From contig OY253674.1 in assembly GCA_958009085.1 (NCBI GenBank), positions 1 through 64,000 on the forward strand: a stretch of DNA of 64,000 nucleotides, in the 5' to 3' direction. Positions 22,823 to 35,976 of this stretch are shown here, piece by piece. The position numbers and the translations under genes are program-made. The notes beneath the pieces are model-generated. The model ran no database searches, was not told where the DNA came from, and saw only the letters and a program-made list of their open reading frames with translations. Each line of letters starts with the position of its first letter. Position 1 is the stretch's first letter. The stretch is from Protoeuglena noctilucae. Taxonomy: Eukaryota.

Positions 22823-23465
22823 GTCCCCGCAGCACCCTGGCCCCGGGCCCGGGGCCCAGCCAAGCCCGTTGACCAGCCGTGCCGGACCCGAATAGGCCTC
22901 TCTCTGATCGAATTCTTGGGTCACTGGATGAGCTAGGGGTAATTCGCACTGCTGATGCTCTGCCTCGCCAACCAAGCAGTGCCCGCGATTTACTTCTGAA
23001 AAATACGCATCGTTGGATTGGAGCGCAGTAAATTTCTGATCGGCGCTCGGCAGGTTCGACCGGTCTGACAGGCTGACGTCCGCGGAAATTCGAATCCTCT
23101 TGCAGGCGCGCCGCTCGTGTTCGCACGTCGGTTTTTTTTATTGCCAATTTGCACTTTGAGAGGGTCGCACTTTGCACGGGCCCGCGGGGCGTGGCCCTCG
23201 CCGGTACGACTGCCCTGCCTCGCCCTCGCTCCGCTTGCAAGCGCACTGGAACGCGAGATCTATCAACAATTTTGCATGGGCTTTTTGTGTTCGCGGCTTT
23301 GGTCACCTTCCCGCGGCGTCTCCTCTTTCCGTTGTTGACGGCCGTCCTGCTTGGTGTGTGGGCCGACAGAGAGGGCACCGTGACGCTGTAGGAATTCTAG
23401 TGATCTCAACTCTGGGCAGGGGTCCTCGGCGGGCTTGAGAGGGCCCCTGGTCCGCCAGGACCGCG

Positions 23466-25702
23466 ATGCCGCTGCCATGGGCTGATGCGGACACCCGGCC
23501 GCGCCGGCGAAGCCCGACGGCCAGCTCTCGGGCAAAGAAGAAGTCGCATTCTATACCGAGGACGCCCTTCTGCCTCGAAGGCGAAGGTGAGCGGCAAGCG
23601 GCGTTCAAACGCGTGCGACTCGCACGACCAGCCGTGACATCCCATCGCCGGCCGAGGTTCCTGGCGCTCCGCCGCTGCCGCCATCATCTCATGTTTCGCC
23701 GTTCTTGCGCCCGCAGCCTCGTTCATCGACGCCGCTGTGACCCCGTCGCTGGATTCCCTGCCGCACGCACTTAACGAAGGCTTCCGGGATGACTTGGCCC
23801 AGCAGCTGGCAGGCATGGCGGTGGACACGCCCCCGACAGCCCTGGTGCTGGGGGCGCCGGCCCCGTCCGCGTCGCCCGAAGCCACGCCGAGGTATGGCAT
23901 GGCATGGCCTTCGCCTGCCACCCCCGGCCTCTCCATTGCAGCCCACGTCATGAACACTCGCGGCCCTCGCAGCCTCCGCCCGCGTCCCTCGCCTGCCGAA
24001 TTCAGCTTCGCAGCCACGCCGCCCCCGAGGGGCAGCCGGGAGCACCGCAGGCGCCCCAGCAGCCCCGGCCTGCCCCCATGCCCCCGGAGTCCCTCCCCTG
24101 ACCGACTGCTGCCCACCCCGTGCGACGCGAGGTGACGCCCAGCCCTCGCGAGGCTGCGATGCACCCCCCGCGGCGCCTCGCCCGTCGTGAGCCCCCCACC
24201 ACCCCGCATGCCCCCACCGCAGCCCGAGGCGCCGCCCCCCCGGGAGCGTCATACGCCACCGCACGGCCCCGGTGTCCTTCTCGGACCTCTGGGAGGCGTC
24301 CGTCGCCGCCCCCGCGTCCCGCACCCTCGCCGTCCCCGCCCTGGCCCCCGCCGCGTCCTGGGACGGCGCAGCGGACGCCGGGGCCTCGTGGGGCGCGGCG
24401 CCAGCGTGGCCGTGGGCCGCCGCGGCTGCCCCCGCCCCCGCCCCCCGCGCGCCCGTCGGGTCCCTGGGGTCTCTCCCCTCGCATCCCCTCTCGTCCCTTG
24501 GCCTGCCCCCCTCGCGCGACCGCTCCCGCCCCGACAGCCGCCGTAGCAGCCTGGCATCCAAGCGGCGCTTCGAGGCCTCTTTCGGCATGATGCTCGACGG
24601 AGACGACGGACCGAGGAAGCTCTCCCGATCCCCCTCGGTCAAGGCGAGGAAGGCAGAGTCGCAGACAGGGTGGCTGCGTGACAGGCGCACCATCTTGCTG
24701 GCGAGGCCGCCCTCGGACACCGGGCACCCCCCGGCGCTGTCTCCGCAGGGCCAGGGCATGCGGTCGTCCGACGACGCCTCCCTGGGGGGCCTGGGCGCGT
24801 GGGCGGACGCTCTGGGCGCGGCCCTGAACTCCCGCGCTGTGCCGTGCAGCGCGGCGGGGAACCACGAGGGGGCGTCGGGGGTCGCGGGTGTGTTGGTGTG
24901 GCGGTCGTGGTCAGCGGGGGTGACAGCGGGGGAGGGGGAGGTGGCGAGGGGGGCAAGCGGGGTGAGTGCATGGTGATGGGTGAGGTGACGAGGTGCGCGT
25001 GCTGAGAAGCGGTGGCCGCTTTGTGAGTGCAGGGCACGGAAGGGGCGCGCCCCTGGGCCTGGCCGCGTGGCTGGAGCACGACGTGCGTGGAGGGGGGCGG
25101 CACAAGCCGTGCCCCGAGCACGGCATGGGCGGGGGACCAGGGGGACGGGGACGCGTCGGATGCGGACGGGTTCGCTCTGCGCAGCCGCGTGCACGAGGTA
25201 AGCTGAGCGCGGACTGCTACTGCTGTTCAGTAGATGGGGAGCACATGCCCGCGTGTGCGCTCGCATCCACGCCAGTGTGCCCGGTCCCTCCCTGTAGGTG
25301 GCCGACAGCCCCCGCCAGTGTCGCCGCGCGTGGGGCGACGCCTCGGATGCCTCCGCGTCCTCGGACGCCGAGGCGGACCTGTCCCGCTTCAACCGTCGCA
25401 TCCGCCGCGCGGCCCAGAGCGTGGACGTGGAGGGGGTGCTGGGGGTGTGGCGGGAGATGCGGGACTGCCAGGTGTCGCCGTCGCTCCTGTCCGTCAACAC
25501 GCTCCTCCGCTGCTGCTGCTGCGCGGCCGTGACGGGCGGCCTGCCCTCCACCACCGCCAGCCAGGCCGTGGCCATGGCGCTCGACGCGTTTGGGAGGGGG
25601 CGGCTGCAGCCGGACGCGGTGACGGAGCACTGTTTGGAGGAGCTGCAGAGGCACGCCAGGGCGAGGGCGGGGGGGGGGAGCATGTGGGACGCCAGGCGAT
25701 GA
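23466..25702 (+). CDS. Hypothetical Ser/Pro-rich protein with C-terminal PPR-like motif
   Basis: Spliced GC3-rich exons. Last exon FNRRIRRAAQSVDVEGVLGVWREMRDCQVSPSLLSVNTLLRCC resembles a PPR repeat. Confidence 0.5.
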
Positions 25703-25900
25703 GACGCGGGGGGTGGGGAGGGGCGGCGGTCGTGTTGATGAGGCTGTGTAGCTGTGGCTATCGCTTGAACGGCCGCGGAGGGCATAAGTGTCGAATTGCT
25801 TAATCTAAGGCAGTCACTTGCAAGCTAGACGACGGCTAGACGCTTAGAAAATGTGTGGTAAAGAGCACGTGCACTCTCTGCCAAATCAGTAACTACGTTC

Positions 25901-27757
25901 TCACTCCCCCCATCCGCTGGCCCCGCTGCCGTCGGCGTCCCCCGCCCCCCACCCCGCGCGGGGCCATGCGGGGGCGGGGAAGGCCGGGCGTGGCTCCTCG
26001 GTGTCCCAGGCGCCCATCGCCTCGCCCATCCCCAGCACCGCCATCAACACCGCCTCCCTGGGGGCGCACGACGCCCCCCGCTGCGCCAGGACGGCTGGCC
26101 GCGCGCGGCGGGGTCCCTGGGCATCGAGGGCAGCGTTGGCGCCGCGGATGGCCACGTGGAGCATGCCGCTGGGGCCGTGGCGATACACTGGGGGGCGAGG
26201 GTGGGGTGGGGTGGGCGGACATCATGGTGGATAAATGGTGGATTAACACAGGGGTGTCACTGGCAGGGCTGGGACATCTGCATGGCTGATGCATGGCTGG
26301 GGTGTCGATGGCTGTCACGATATCGCAGCCACTTACCAGAGCACGTCTCCTCGTCTCTCTCCACTCTCAGCTCCCCCCTCAGCACTGCGTCGTCACGCCT
26401 CCCCTTATCACCCAGCAGACTCACGCCCACGCCACTGTCGCTCACCGCCCTCTCCCTCTCCCTCTCCCTATCTCTGTCCCCACCCCTCTCCCTCTCCCTA
26501 TCCTTCTCCCCACCCCTCTCGTCACCCCGCCCCTTCTCCCCTCTGCCGCTCCTTGGCTCGTGCCCCTCCATTGCCCGCACTGCCCCAGGCGACAGCGGTG
26601 GTGGGGAGGGCGTGCGAGCCGAGGCGCGGGAGGGGGCCCTGGGGGACCCGGGACTGGCCCCGGCAGCGAAGGGGTAGCCGGGAGCAACGGAGGCATACGC
26701 CTTGAGGGAGGGGCGTGGGCGTGGGGGAGGGAGGGGGTGGGGCGAGGCGGGGGGCGGGAGGGGGGTGGCGGGCGCAGAGGGGGCGCGGGCATCGGTGCGG
26801 CGGTCGGGCCACGGCGGGGGACCTCGCTTCCCCATCACAGCGTCCCCCGTAGATGCCACGCCCCGGGTGGCTGCATCAACGTCCCCGCCTGGCATCCTGG
26901 GCCTGGGAATAAGGCGAGGGTGCGAGCGCAGCGGTCGGGCAACATATCCAACAGAACAAGCAGAGCAGTTGTGGTAGGTATAGAATTGAACAAAGACATT
27001 CCGAATGTGTCAAATGACATGCGACTTGTGCACGCGAGTGGCCTCTCACCTCACAGCCCTGGCGCCCCCACTGTCCCGCCCCCCCACCGCCGCCCCTGGG
27101 CCTTTGCCATGCCCCTCCTCTTCACTCCTACCCACTGCCTCCTCTCCCTCTCCCCTCCGCAGACTCTGCGACAAGCAGCATAGCAACTGTCACGAGGTAG
27201 CATGGCAGGCAGGGCTGCTAACAGTCTCTACTTACACCCACACCCATATGAAGCGTGGGTCATTGCCAAGAATCTCTACTCAGATTTATATTCAAGTGTC
27301 CCCTCACCTGCAGTGGCTGCGGGTCTCTCCCGGCGCCTCCCCCCTCCCTCGGCCACGGCTCACGCAGCCGCGCCAGCACCGCACTCTCCCCCGCGTGCCC
27401 CAGCCTGGAGCCCATCTTGCCGGGTCCATCGGTGTGAGAGCGCGCGATCGCGCGGCCGGACAGCGGGTGTGGCGGGTGCTGGTGGTGGTGGTGGTGGTGG
27501 TGGTGGTGGTGGGTGGCGTGGTCGCGCGTCGCTCCCCCAGGCGCAGTCCCCAGCGCCCGGGTGCCGGGCGGCGGAACAACATCGGCCATAATAGAGCGCC
27601 AGAACCCGGGAATGCCGACGCGGTCCGCCGCGCCCGTTGCCTCGGATGCAGCGCGCGCCAGGGATGGCCGGGAGACGGGGGCGGGGGCGGGGGCGGGGGA
27701 CATGCGGGGGACGGCGGATGCGCGGGGGGCGGGGCCAGCGGATGCGCCTGAAGACAT
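25901..27757 (-). CDS. Hypothetical low-complexity protein with poly-His
   Basis: Exon-like GC-rich blocks separated by GT-AG introns; a (CAC)n tract at ~27481-27511 encodes His10. No recognisable domain. Confidence 0.4.
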
Positions 27758-28529
27758 GCGAGGTCTGCGGGGACACGAGAAGCGAGACGGCTTTGATTTT
27801 TGAGTGATGTAGGGCGCGCATAGGTGGCACGGGACCGACGTTGCTGCGGGGACAGCCAGGCACTCACCGACGCTGCGCTGCGGCATCGACGGCCACCACT
27901 CGATCATCAATCACCGTGACTCCCTGCTGTGGCACCTGGGCCGCCCTGCGCAGCGGGGTGACGCATCGCATTGCGTCACATCGCATCCCTGCCAGGCGCC
28001 ACGCGCGTCATCTTTCAAAGGCAGTCAGGTGCGATGCACGATGCGGAGCTTTGGAATAAGAGGACACGCACACGCGCCGCAGCGCCGGAGCTCGGCGCTG
28101 TCGAGAGGCCATCGAGAGCGCGCATTCGGCAAAATGACCCCCATCCACCGCACCCGAGAGGACTTGCGCGAGGTGCGCCGGACCCAAACCGCAGTCCTTC
28201 TAACATCAAATCCATATCATGCCCATTCCGGCTCATCGTGGCCCGCTTGGGCCGGGGCCAGAGCTACAGCCTAAAAGCCCATGTTATATGCGACCATTTG
28301 AATGCATTGATGCGTCTTCCTGATGAGATGGACAACGAAGGTGGACTGGGCTTCGCGGGCGCAAAAGGGCGCTCATCTTGCGGCATGGCCTGACACGCAC
28401 ATCCTGCAGCTCGTTTCACGCTCAAATGCGAGGCCCAGAAATCCCAGCAAGCACAAATAACGTATATCAGACTTACCCGCGCGTCCTCGTGCACGTCTAG
28501 CCGCGCATCGCTGCGTGGGATAGCGTGCA

Positions 28530-30679
28530 ATGCCGCCAGGAGCGGCCGCGGCCCGGCGCCGGTTGCTTTTGACGTTCGGATCGGGTCCTCATGGCTGTCT
28601 TGGCCTCGGGTCCCTGTCCACGGCCCTCGCGCCCACGGTAGTCGCCGGTCCCCTGGCGGGCGTGGACGTGGTGCAAGTGTCGTGTGGTGGGGCACACACA
28701 GCATTGGTGGACGGGGAGGGATATGCGTGGACATTCGGCCTCGACGATCGGGGGCAGCTGGGCCGCGGCGGCGACCCCCGCTTGCCTGGGGAGGTGCTGC
28801 TGCCGGAGCCGGTCGTGGCGGTGGCGGCGGGGGGGAGGCGTACGGTGTTTGTCGGGAGGTCGGGTCGAGTGTGGGAGGCGGGGGATGCGGGGCCGCAGGG
28901 AGATGGGATACTGGGGATGCGCAGGAGGGAAGCAGGTGGGAGAGGGGTTGCCAGTGGGTGCGAGGGGGGTAGCGGTGTTGTGATTGCGGGCACTTGTGCT
29001 GGTAATATTAGCTGCGTGGCTGAGTGTGACTGTGGCAACTGTGACTTGTGTCCATCGCAGGTCCCCGCCTTGTGCCTGGGCTGCCGGATGGGGACGCGGT
29101 GGTGGGGGTGGCGTGCGGGGAGTGGCACGCGCTGGCATGCACGGCGGCGGGGCGCGTGCTGGCGTGGGGGGTGGGGCCGTATGGGCAGTTGGGCGGGGGC
29201 AGGCACAACAGGTCGTGGGTGCGGGCGGCGCTGCTGGGATCTGCCAGGGGAGTGCAGGTGAGGAGCGGGGGTGGGTGCGTGTTCGATAAGGAGGGGTGTG
29301 CGAGGATGGCATGGGCGAAGGGCATGCGTGTGCTTGCATCGTTGCCTGCCTGCGTTTCTGTGCTATGCTGAGTTGGCATTCTTATCCATGCAGGAGGCGC
29401 GTGGGAGCTTGGAGGGTCGCGTCGTGAGGGGGGTGGCGTGTGGGGCACACACGTCAGGGGCCATTGATGAGGGGGGGAGAGTGCACCTGTGGGTGAGTGA
29501 GGGTGTGCATCATGTGGGTGGATGTGGATGTGTGTGCGGTGCGCGTGCGCGTGCGTGTGTGCATGTGTGCGGAAGCGGGAATGGGCGAGGGAGGGTGAAA
29601 AACCCATACATGACCTCGACACACCCCATCACTGCATTCGACCCATCCACACCCATACCCATATCCCACCATCCACCCATGCAGGGCCTGGGCACGCATG
29701 GGCAGCTGGCACCCGCACAGAGTGGTGACCACGCCCCCCCCGCCAGCCCCGACAGCGCATGGCAGCCCATCGCGGCATCGATGCCCGCGGTCACTGCTTT
29801 GGCTCTCGGGACCTTTCATGGACTGGCTGCCACGATGGGGGGCGGGGCGGTGGCGTGGGGGACCGACCAGGGGGGGTGCCTGGGGTGAGGGTAGGGTAGG
29901 GGCACAGAGTGATGCTGTTGTGCTATGACGTGGGGGGTGGCCTCGGGTGAGGGAGGGGCATGGAGGGTTGCTCGCTGCCACTGCGGTCAACTAACCATCC
30001 CCGCAGCCACTGCCACTGCACCCTACCAGCCACACCCACTGCTATCTACGATCCGTTCCCCCATCCCCGTACCCACCGCTATGTACTGACTAATCCCAAC
30101 AGCGACTGCCTCCTCCCCCCCCCCCCACAGCCTGGACTCATCGGGCATGCACCTGCACCCCTCCCCCCTCCCCGCCCTGCATGCACGCGCGTTGCGAGGG
30201 GTGGCGGCTGGCATGAGCCACAGTGCGGCCGTGACTGCCATGGGGGAGGTGTATGCGTGGGGGGACGCGGGTCATCTCTCGTCGTTTGCCGATGAGGGGC
30301 GGGCGGGGGGAAGGCTGGGGCTGCCGGGGAGGGGGGGAAGGCGAGTGAGGTTGGGGTGGGGGAGAGTAGTGGTGTGTAGTGCAGGCGAGTGGGTGGGTAG
30401 GAAAGAGGGAGTAGTGGTGTGTAGTGCAGGAGAGTGAGTGGCTGCCATTTCGCACTAAGCATGCAATGGGCGTGGAATGCATTGCATCGCATCGCATTGC
30501 GACACTGCCGCTCCGCACAGCCCCGCATCTGACGTCTCTCAGCTCATCGCTTTCCCCCCTGCTCCAGGTCCATTCCCACGGTTGTCCCTGGGCTTGGGAG
30601 GGGTGCGGCGTGGGAGGCGGTGTCGGTGTCGTGCGGGGCAGCACACACAGCGGTGATTGCAGTGGGAGAGGGGGCGTGA
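28530..30679 (+). CDS. RCC1-repeat (UVR8/HERC-like beta-propeller) protein
   Basis: Repeats VSCGGAHTALV..G.AWTFG..RGQLG, VACGEWHALA..GRVLAWG..YGQLG, VACGAHTSGA, LALGTFHGLA, VAAGMSHSAAV, VSCGAAHTAV across 6 exons. Confidence 0.9.
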
Positions 30680-31019
30680 GGGGGAGGGGGAAGTGGGGGA
30701 GGTGCTGTTACTGTGTTTGAAAAGAGACGATGGGGAGTGTGAGAAGGCAGCACGTGCTGCTTTGCATGAGGATTCAGTGGCTGTGGGCGTGCATGCTGCG
30801 GCATGGGAAGAGCGGTGCTTGTGCGACCCCTCTCCTGCAGCCGTCGCTTGCTGGTGCTGTTCTAGCGCTAACTTTTAAACGTCCTCTACGCCATGTCAAA
30901 TTCAAATCCGGACAACGAAACGGGCAACGCCAGGCCGGCCCGTCTTACAGGCGCATGCACAAGTCACATACGCAGGTCCAGTCCCTGTGATGCGCACACC
31001 CACAGCAGCCCTGTCGCGT

Positions 31020-34000
31020 TCAAGGCAGGTCCAGCCCGTGCGACGCGACCATCCACAGCACCCCTAGCGCCACTTGTGCCGGCCAGGTGCCTGCCATGGC
31101 GCGGCTGGGGCGGCCGTCCCTGCGTAGTGGCATGGGCCGCATGCACAGGGTGAAGAGGGCGAGGATGAGCAGGGAGCGGAGGGGGGTGCCCTCGCGCGTG
31201 GGGGGAATGCGCAGGGCGTGCATGGCGAAGGCCTGGGCGGGAGGGGGAGGGGGGGGGGTGTGGGGGTGTTGTGAGGTGAGGTGAGGGGTGTGGTGCGGTG
31301 AGGTGCGGGTTGCAGTGACGGTAGCAGTTGAGTAAGGTGAGGGGTGCGGTGCGGAATGGTTTGCAGTGAGGGTTGCGTGAGAGTGCCAATGCCAGGCAGC
31401 CACCCCGCATGACAGTACTAGCATGCGCCATCGCCACGCCATCCTCATCGCCCTTTCTTAGTAACTAGTAACTCGCCTTCACGTCCCCCAGCCTGGCCAT
31501 GAGCTCCCCCCCGCTGAGCAGCGTGAGCCCCCCCGTGAGCCCCAGCACAGCGCGCGGCACCCCTCGCCAGGCGCGGCGAGGATGGCCGGGGCAGGTGGCG
31601 TGCATGGAGAGGGCGCCGGCATGGGCGAGCAGCACTGGGATGGGGGGGAGAGAGCGATGGCGGTAAGTGCTAAGTAGCAGTGACGGGACATTAACATTGA
31701 CGTGGTTAAGCGATGGTGGTAACTGCAAGTGACTTCCATGCGAGCGCACACCATGCGTGGCAGTGCCGTGCCCTCACTGCAGCTGCGCGTGGCGGTGGAG
31801 AGTGCTGCGACGGCCATCCACAGCCTCGCCCCGTCTGCTGCCATGGCCACGCCGCCCGCGTTGACCATCGACAGAGAACACAGGCCTGGGGGGTGGGGGG
31901 GAAGGATGGCATGGGGAAACAGTCATGAGACGCATAAGCTCACGAGTATCACATACGATCTCATAGTACTAAGCACACTTGTTGCAAGACACACAACAAC
32001 CAAGCGCGTCATGCGACACCACAAGCACGCTTGCCATAAGTCACAACAACCGAGCCCGTCATGATATGCATGCGCACGCAGATGCGACATGCAGTACAAG
32101 CGGCATGGCCAGCATGTACGCCACACTGCCACACACACTGCCACACCCATAACCCATAGCCCTCCACTGCGTGTGTCTCTCTCCGTCTGTATGCATCCCT
32201 CACCGATGGTCCCAGCCGCGAAGAGTGCCCACGCTGTGCCGGGCAGCAGTGGGTGCATGAGGGCGGCGTGGATGGCGGAGAAGACGCGGTCCTCAATGCC
32301 AGGCTGGGGGTGGGGAGATGGGAGTGGGTATAGTGAGAGAGCAGTGGGGGTGGAAAGGAGAGGAAATTGATGTTGCGTGGGGTGGGGTGAGGGGATGTGA
32401 CAGCGCAAAGGAGTAAATGCAAATGCATGGGGAAAAGACAATTCCTTTCCATCTCTCCCCGTCCACAGCTGCACCTCACCTCCCCTACTCTCACAACACC
32501 ACCACCCCCACCGCTGCCCCCCTCCTTCCCCCCCTCGCCCCTCTCCCCCTCTGCACTCTCTTCCCTCTCCCTCTCCCTCTCCCTATCCACCTCCATGTCC
32601 GCATTGCTCTGCAAGAACATGACGATGCAGATATGTCATTGCATGGTGACCAAGGGTACAGTATATACACACACTGTCACACATACGCACCGCCCCACAA
32701 AACACACCCACACCCACACATGCACCCACACCCCCCCCTCACCCTCTCCAGCGTCCCCCTGAGCCAGAATGCCCCCAGTCCCACCAGCGTGAGCGTCCAG
32801 CACCAGTGGAGCGCCATGGGTCGCAGGGGCGACTGCTGCACGTATGATAGCCAGGCAATGAGGCCATCGGCCACGCTGGGGATGGGAGGGGGGTGGGGTG
32901 GGAGATGGGGTAGGAGATGTGGTGAATGGGGGAGTGCAAATAGGGATGAGTGAGCGATCCCCACATGCATTGCCATACAATGCCCAGCGCATCGCATCGC
33001 CCCTCACGCGTTCTGCATCCTGACGAGCACCGCCAGCAGCTCCCCCAATAGATCGTTGGCGATGGCCCCCGGCAGCAGCTCCAGGACATCCCTAGGGGAC
33101 GCCTCGAGCAGGCGGAGCTCGTCGCGGCGCACCAGGGCGTCACCCTGAGGGGGCATGGAGTGAGAGTGGATGAGTAAAACTGGACTAGTGAGAGTGAATG
33201 AGTGAGAATGGATGACAGCATTGGGTGGGAAATGCGGGGTGGGTGCATGTGGCAGTAAAGTAAGACGGGGAGAGAGGCACATGTTGTCCCACTCTCGTGT
33301 CGTCGCCCCTCGCCTTGTCGCTGGCCACGAGCCTGAGCATGTTGAGGGTGAATGTCTTGGCGACGGTGAGGCTGAGGCCGGTGAGGGCGTCGTAGGCCAG
33401 GGCTGCGAGGCACACGGCCGCGGCGTGCAGGGAGAGCAACGCCGTGGGGACCTGGGGGGTGTTGCAGAGAAGTCCGCGTTGCTTGTATTCTTATGTGTGG
33501 GGATGGGCAGCGTAAAGTTGTGAGTTGCTCATATGTGTGGCAATGTGCAGCGAGTCGGCATGTCGTGATGGCAGAGACGAGAGGTGAGGTCATGTGCCAA
33601 ACTGCCCAGCATCACGTGTCCCGTGCCTTGGGACGCACTCTCACCATGATTAGGGAGAGCAGGCGGGTGATGCCGGCACGGCGGAGGAGGCGGGGATACC
33701 TGCGGGAGTGTTTGGGATGGGTGGAAGTGAACGGACACGATTGCATGGAAAGGAGCAGAGCAGGTGCATGGCAAGCGTGGCGTGCGTGTGATCAGTGCCC
33801 GTGCGTCTGCTCACCGGGGCATGCGTGCCAGGCGTGTCGGAGACTGAGGGCGAAGAGGGAAGGCATCCATGGATCCATCGCGGGAGCCCAGAGGGCCCGG
33901 CGACATCGAGCGGACCTGCAAAGAAGAGTGGGGCACAATGTGAGCGCGAGCGGGTCATCGGAAGGGGCCGGGAAACAGCGTCGCAGATGCAAGATGTCGA

Positions 34001-34298
34001 TAAGAGACATCGCAAATGCCGGACGGGGTCGCCGACTGGCAAAGCGACTCGCCTGGCCCGGGGGCAGCGGGGGCGGCTCGCTGTTCTCCTCCCCCGGTCC
34101 CGTGGCCACCATCACGCCCAGAGAGGGGCTTTTCCCCGGCCTTCTCTCCCATAACGTTTCCACGCGCGTCCGTGCCGGCGGTAAGGGAGTCCACGCGACG
34201 CGCGGGGCACGGCTCGACAGGGGGCGCGGAAGACCCCTCCCGCTGCATCCCGCGGGGACGGAGCGACCCGCAGCCAAGGCGAGCGTATCCATAGACAT
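31020..34298 (-). CDS. Hypothetical multi-pass membrane protein, possible organellar transit peptide
   Basis: About 8 short hydrophobic exons bounded by GT/AG between low-complexity introns; Arg/Ser/Pro-rich N-terminus. No family recognised. Confidence 0.45.
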
Positions 34299-34607
34299 TC
34301 GAACGAAGACGGGAGCAAGTGCAGGCGGCCAATGGCCAGTCAAAACGCGCGTGCAACGAGGTTGACGCGAGCAATCATTCCTTTTGAGCGAAAGACGGTT
34401 GTCATTGCATCGCCGCAAGGCGCTGGAATAACACGAGTTGAGTGGACGAAGCCGGACGTGCACGCTTAACCTCAAGCTCGCTCTTATCGTGTCAGAGAGG
34501 GCGCCGGAAATTCAACAGCTCGACTCAGCCGCAGCGAGGCACCTAGTATGACATCCACAGCTGCATCCCCATACGCATGCCGCGAACCCCGCCAGCGACC
34601 CTCGCCC

Positions 34608-35747
34608 TCAGCGCCTAGGGCTGCGCGACCGGCGCCACCGCTCCTCCCCGCCCCGCTCGTGCCGCCCGTCATCCCGGCCATCCCTGCCGCGCCTCTCCTG
34701 CTCCCGCCACCCGCGCGAGGGCGACTGGCCGCGCCCCTCCCCCCCCCCGCCCCCGCTCACCCCCCTCGCCCCGATGCCCATGCCCGTACCTCCCCTCCTC
34801 ATCCCGGCCCTCGCGGTCCCGGCGGGGCTCTGCAAAGAGGGACCACTCTTCATCTCAGCATCTCCGATTACAGCCACCTCACGCATCTGCAGCTCTCCCT
34901 CTCCCTCCCCGCCCCTAACCTCGGCTCCCACCCCCCGCCCCCCGCTCCCGCCCCTCCTCCCGCTCCCCTCCCCGCCGCTCCTCCCTGCCCCGCGGCGAAT
35001 CGCCGCCGGACGACGTCGCATCGGAGCTGGCCGAGGAGGCGTCGCTAGAGGAAGACGTGGAGGTGGTGGTGGAGGTGGTGCTAGATGAGGTGGTGCTCGA
35101 GGTGTCGTCGCTGGAGCTGCTGGAGGTCGTGTCCGACGAGGAGGATGAAAGAGATGCAGTCGGCTGTCGCTTCGGGGCTTCAGGCTCCGGCTTCTTGGGC
35201 GGAAGGCGGTCCAGCCACGAGCGACGCTCCGCGCGGTCCTCCTCGAGCAAATCGCCCTCGCCCAGGAGGGGGCCGGCGGCGCGCTGCGGACGCAATAGAA
35301 AGCGAATGTTACAACAAGGTACGCCCGGCAAGGCGCGCGGGCGGCGGGCGGGAGGGGGCACGCGTACCCGGCGAGCGCGGCGTGCGCTGCTCTCCCCGGA
35401 GAGGAAGGTCCTCGGATTCTTGCATTCGTACGACCAATGACCCTGAAAGAAGCGGCGGAGGAGATAAGACGCGGTATCGAAGCCCAAAAGAACGCAGAAA
35501 GGGATGGGAACCGCTGCGCATTGAAAGACGCTGCCCTCAGCCGGCAGGAAGCGAGAACGGCGCTGGCCCGGCGTAGCGACCGCTTACATATCGTAATACG
35601 CTCGATCCGCGCGCTGAACCGCACCTTCTGCAAGCACTTTTGGCACACAGCCGCGGCCGACCTCTCCACGACTACTTTGGCCGGCTGCTTGCCGGAACTG
35701 CTCCGGTTGGCCTGGTGAGCGCCCGATCCCACGAGATTGAGCGTCAT
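34608..35747 (-). CDS. ZCCHC10/SREK1IP1-like zinc-knuckle protein with Ser-rich and RS/RD-rich tail
   Basis: Spliced CQKCLQK|GHWSYECKN (CX2CX4HX4C); poly-Ser/Thr tract; ends ...RRSRSPRR. The 3' exon structure is tentative. Confidence 0.75.
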   Translation of the reverse strand: MTLNLVGSGAHQANRSSSGKQPAKVVVERSAAAVCQKCLQKVRFSARIERITICKRSLRRASAVLASCRLRAASFNAQRFPSLSAFFWASIPRLISSAASFRVIGRTNARIRGPSSPGRAAHAALAGYACPLPPAARAPCRAYLVVTFAFYCVRSAPPAPSWARAICSRRTARSVARGWTAFRPRSRSLKPRSDSRLHLFHPPRRTRPPAAPATTPRAPPHLAPPPPPPPRLPLATPPRPAPMRRRPAAIRRGAGRSGGEGSGRRGGSGGRGVGAEVRGGEGEGELQMREVAVIGDAEMKSGPSLQSPAGTARAGMRRGGTGMGIGARGVSGGGGGEGRGQSPSRGWREQERRGRDGRDDGRHERGGEERWRRSRSPRR

Positions 35748-35976
35748 GGTGCCGAGGAGACGGTCAGGAGCAGCGCTGCTGGCTTGCAGTGGTACACGGG
35801 GCGCACCACGGCGTCAACGCAGCGTGGCAGCTCCAACCACGCAAGCAACAACGCAAGCAACACTGGATGATCGTCGCAGCAAGTAGGCATCGCCCTGACG
35901 ACGGGGATCGTTCAACAGCTTGGTGACTGAGCCGTTTACTGACTCGGTTCGGACACGCAAGTGTGCATGTTTGGTT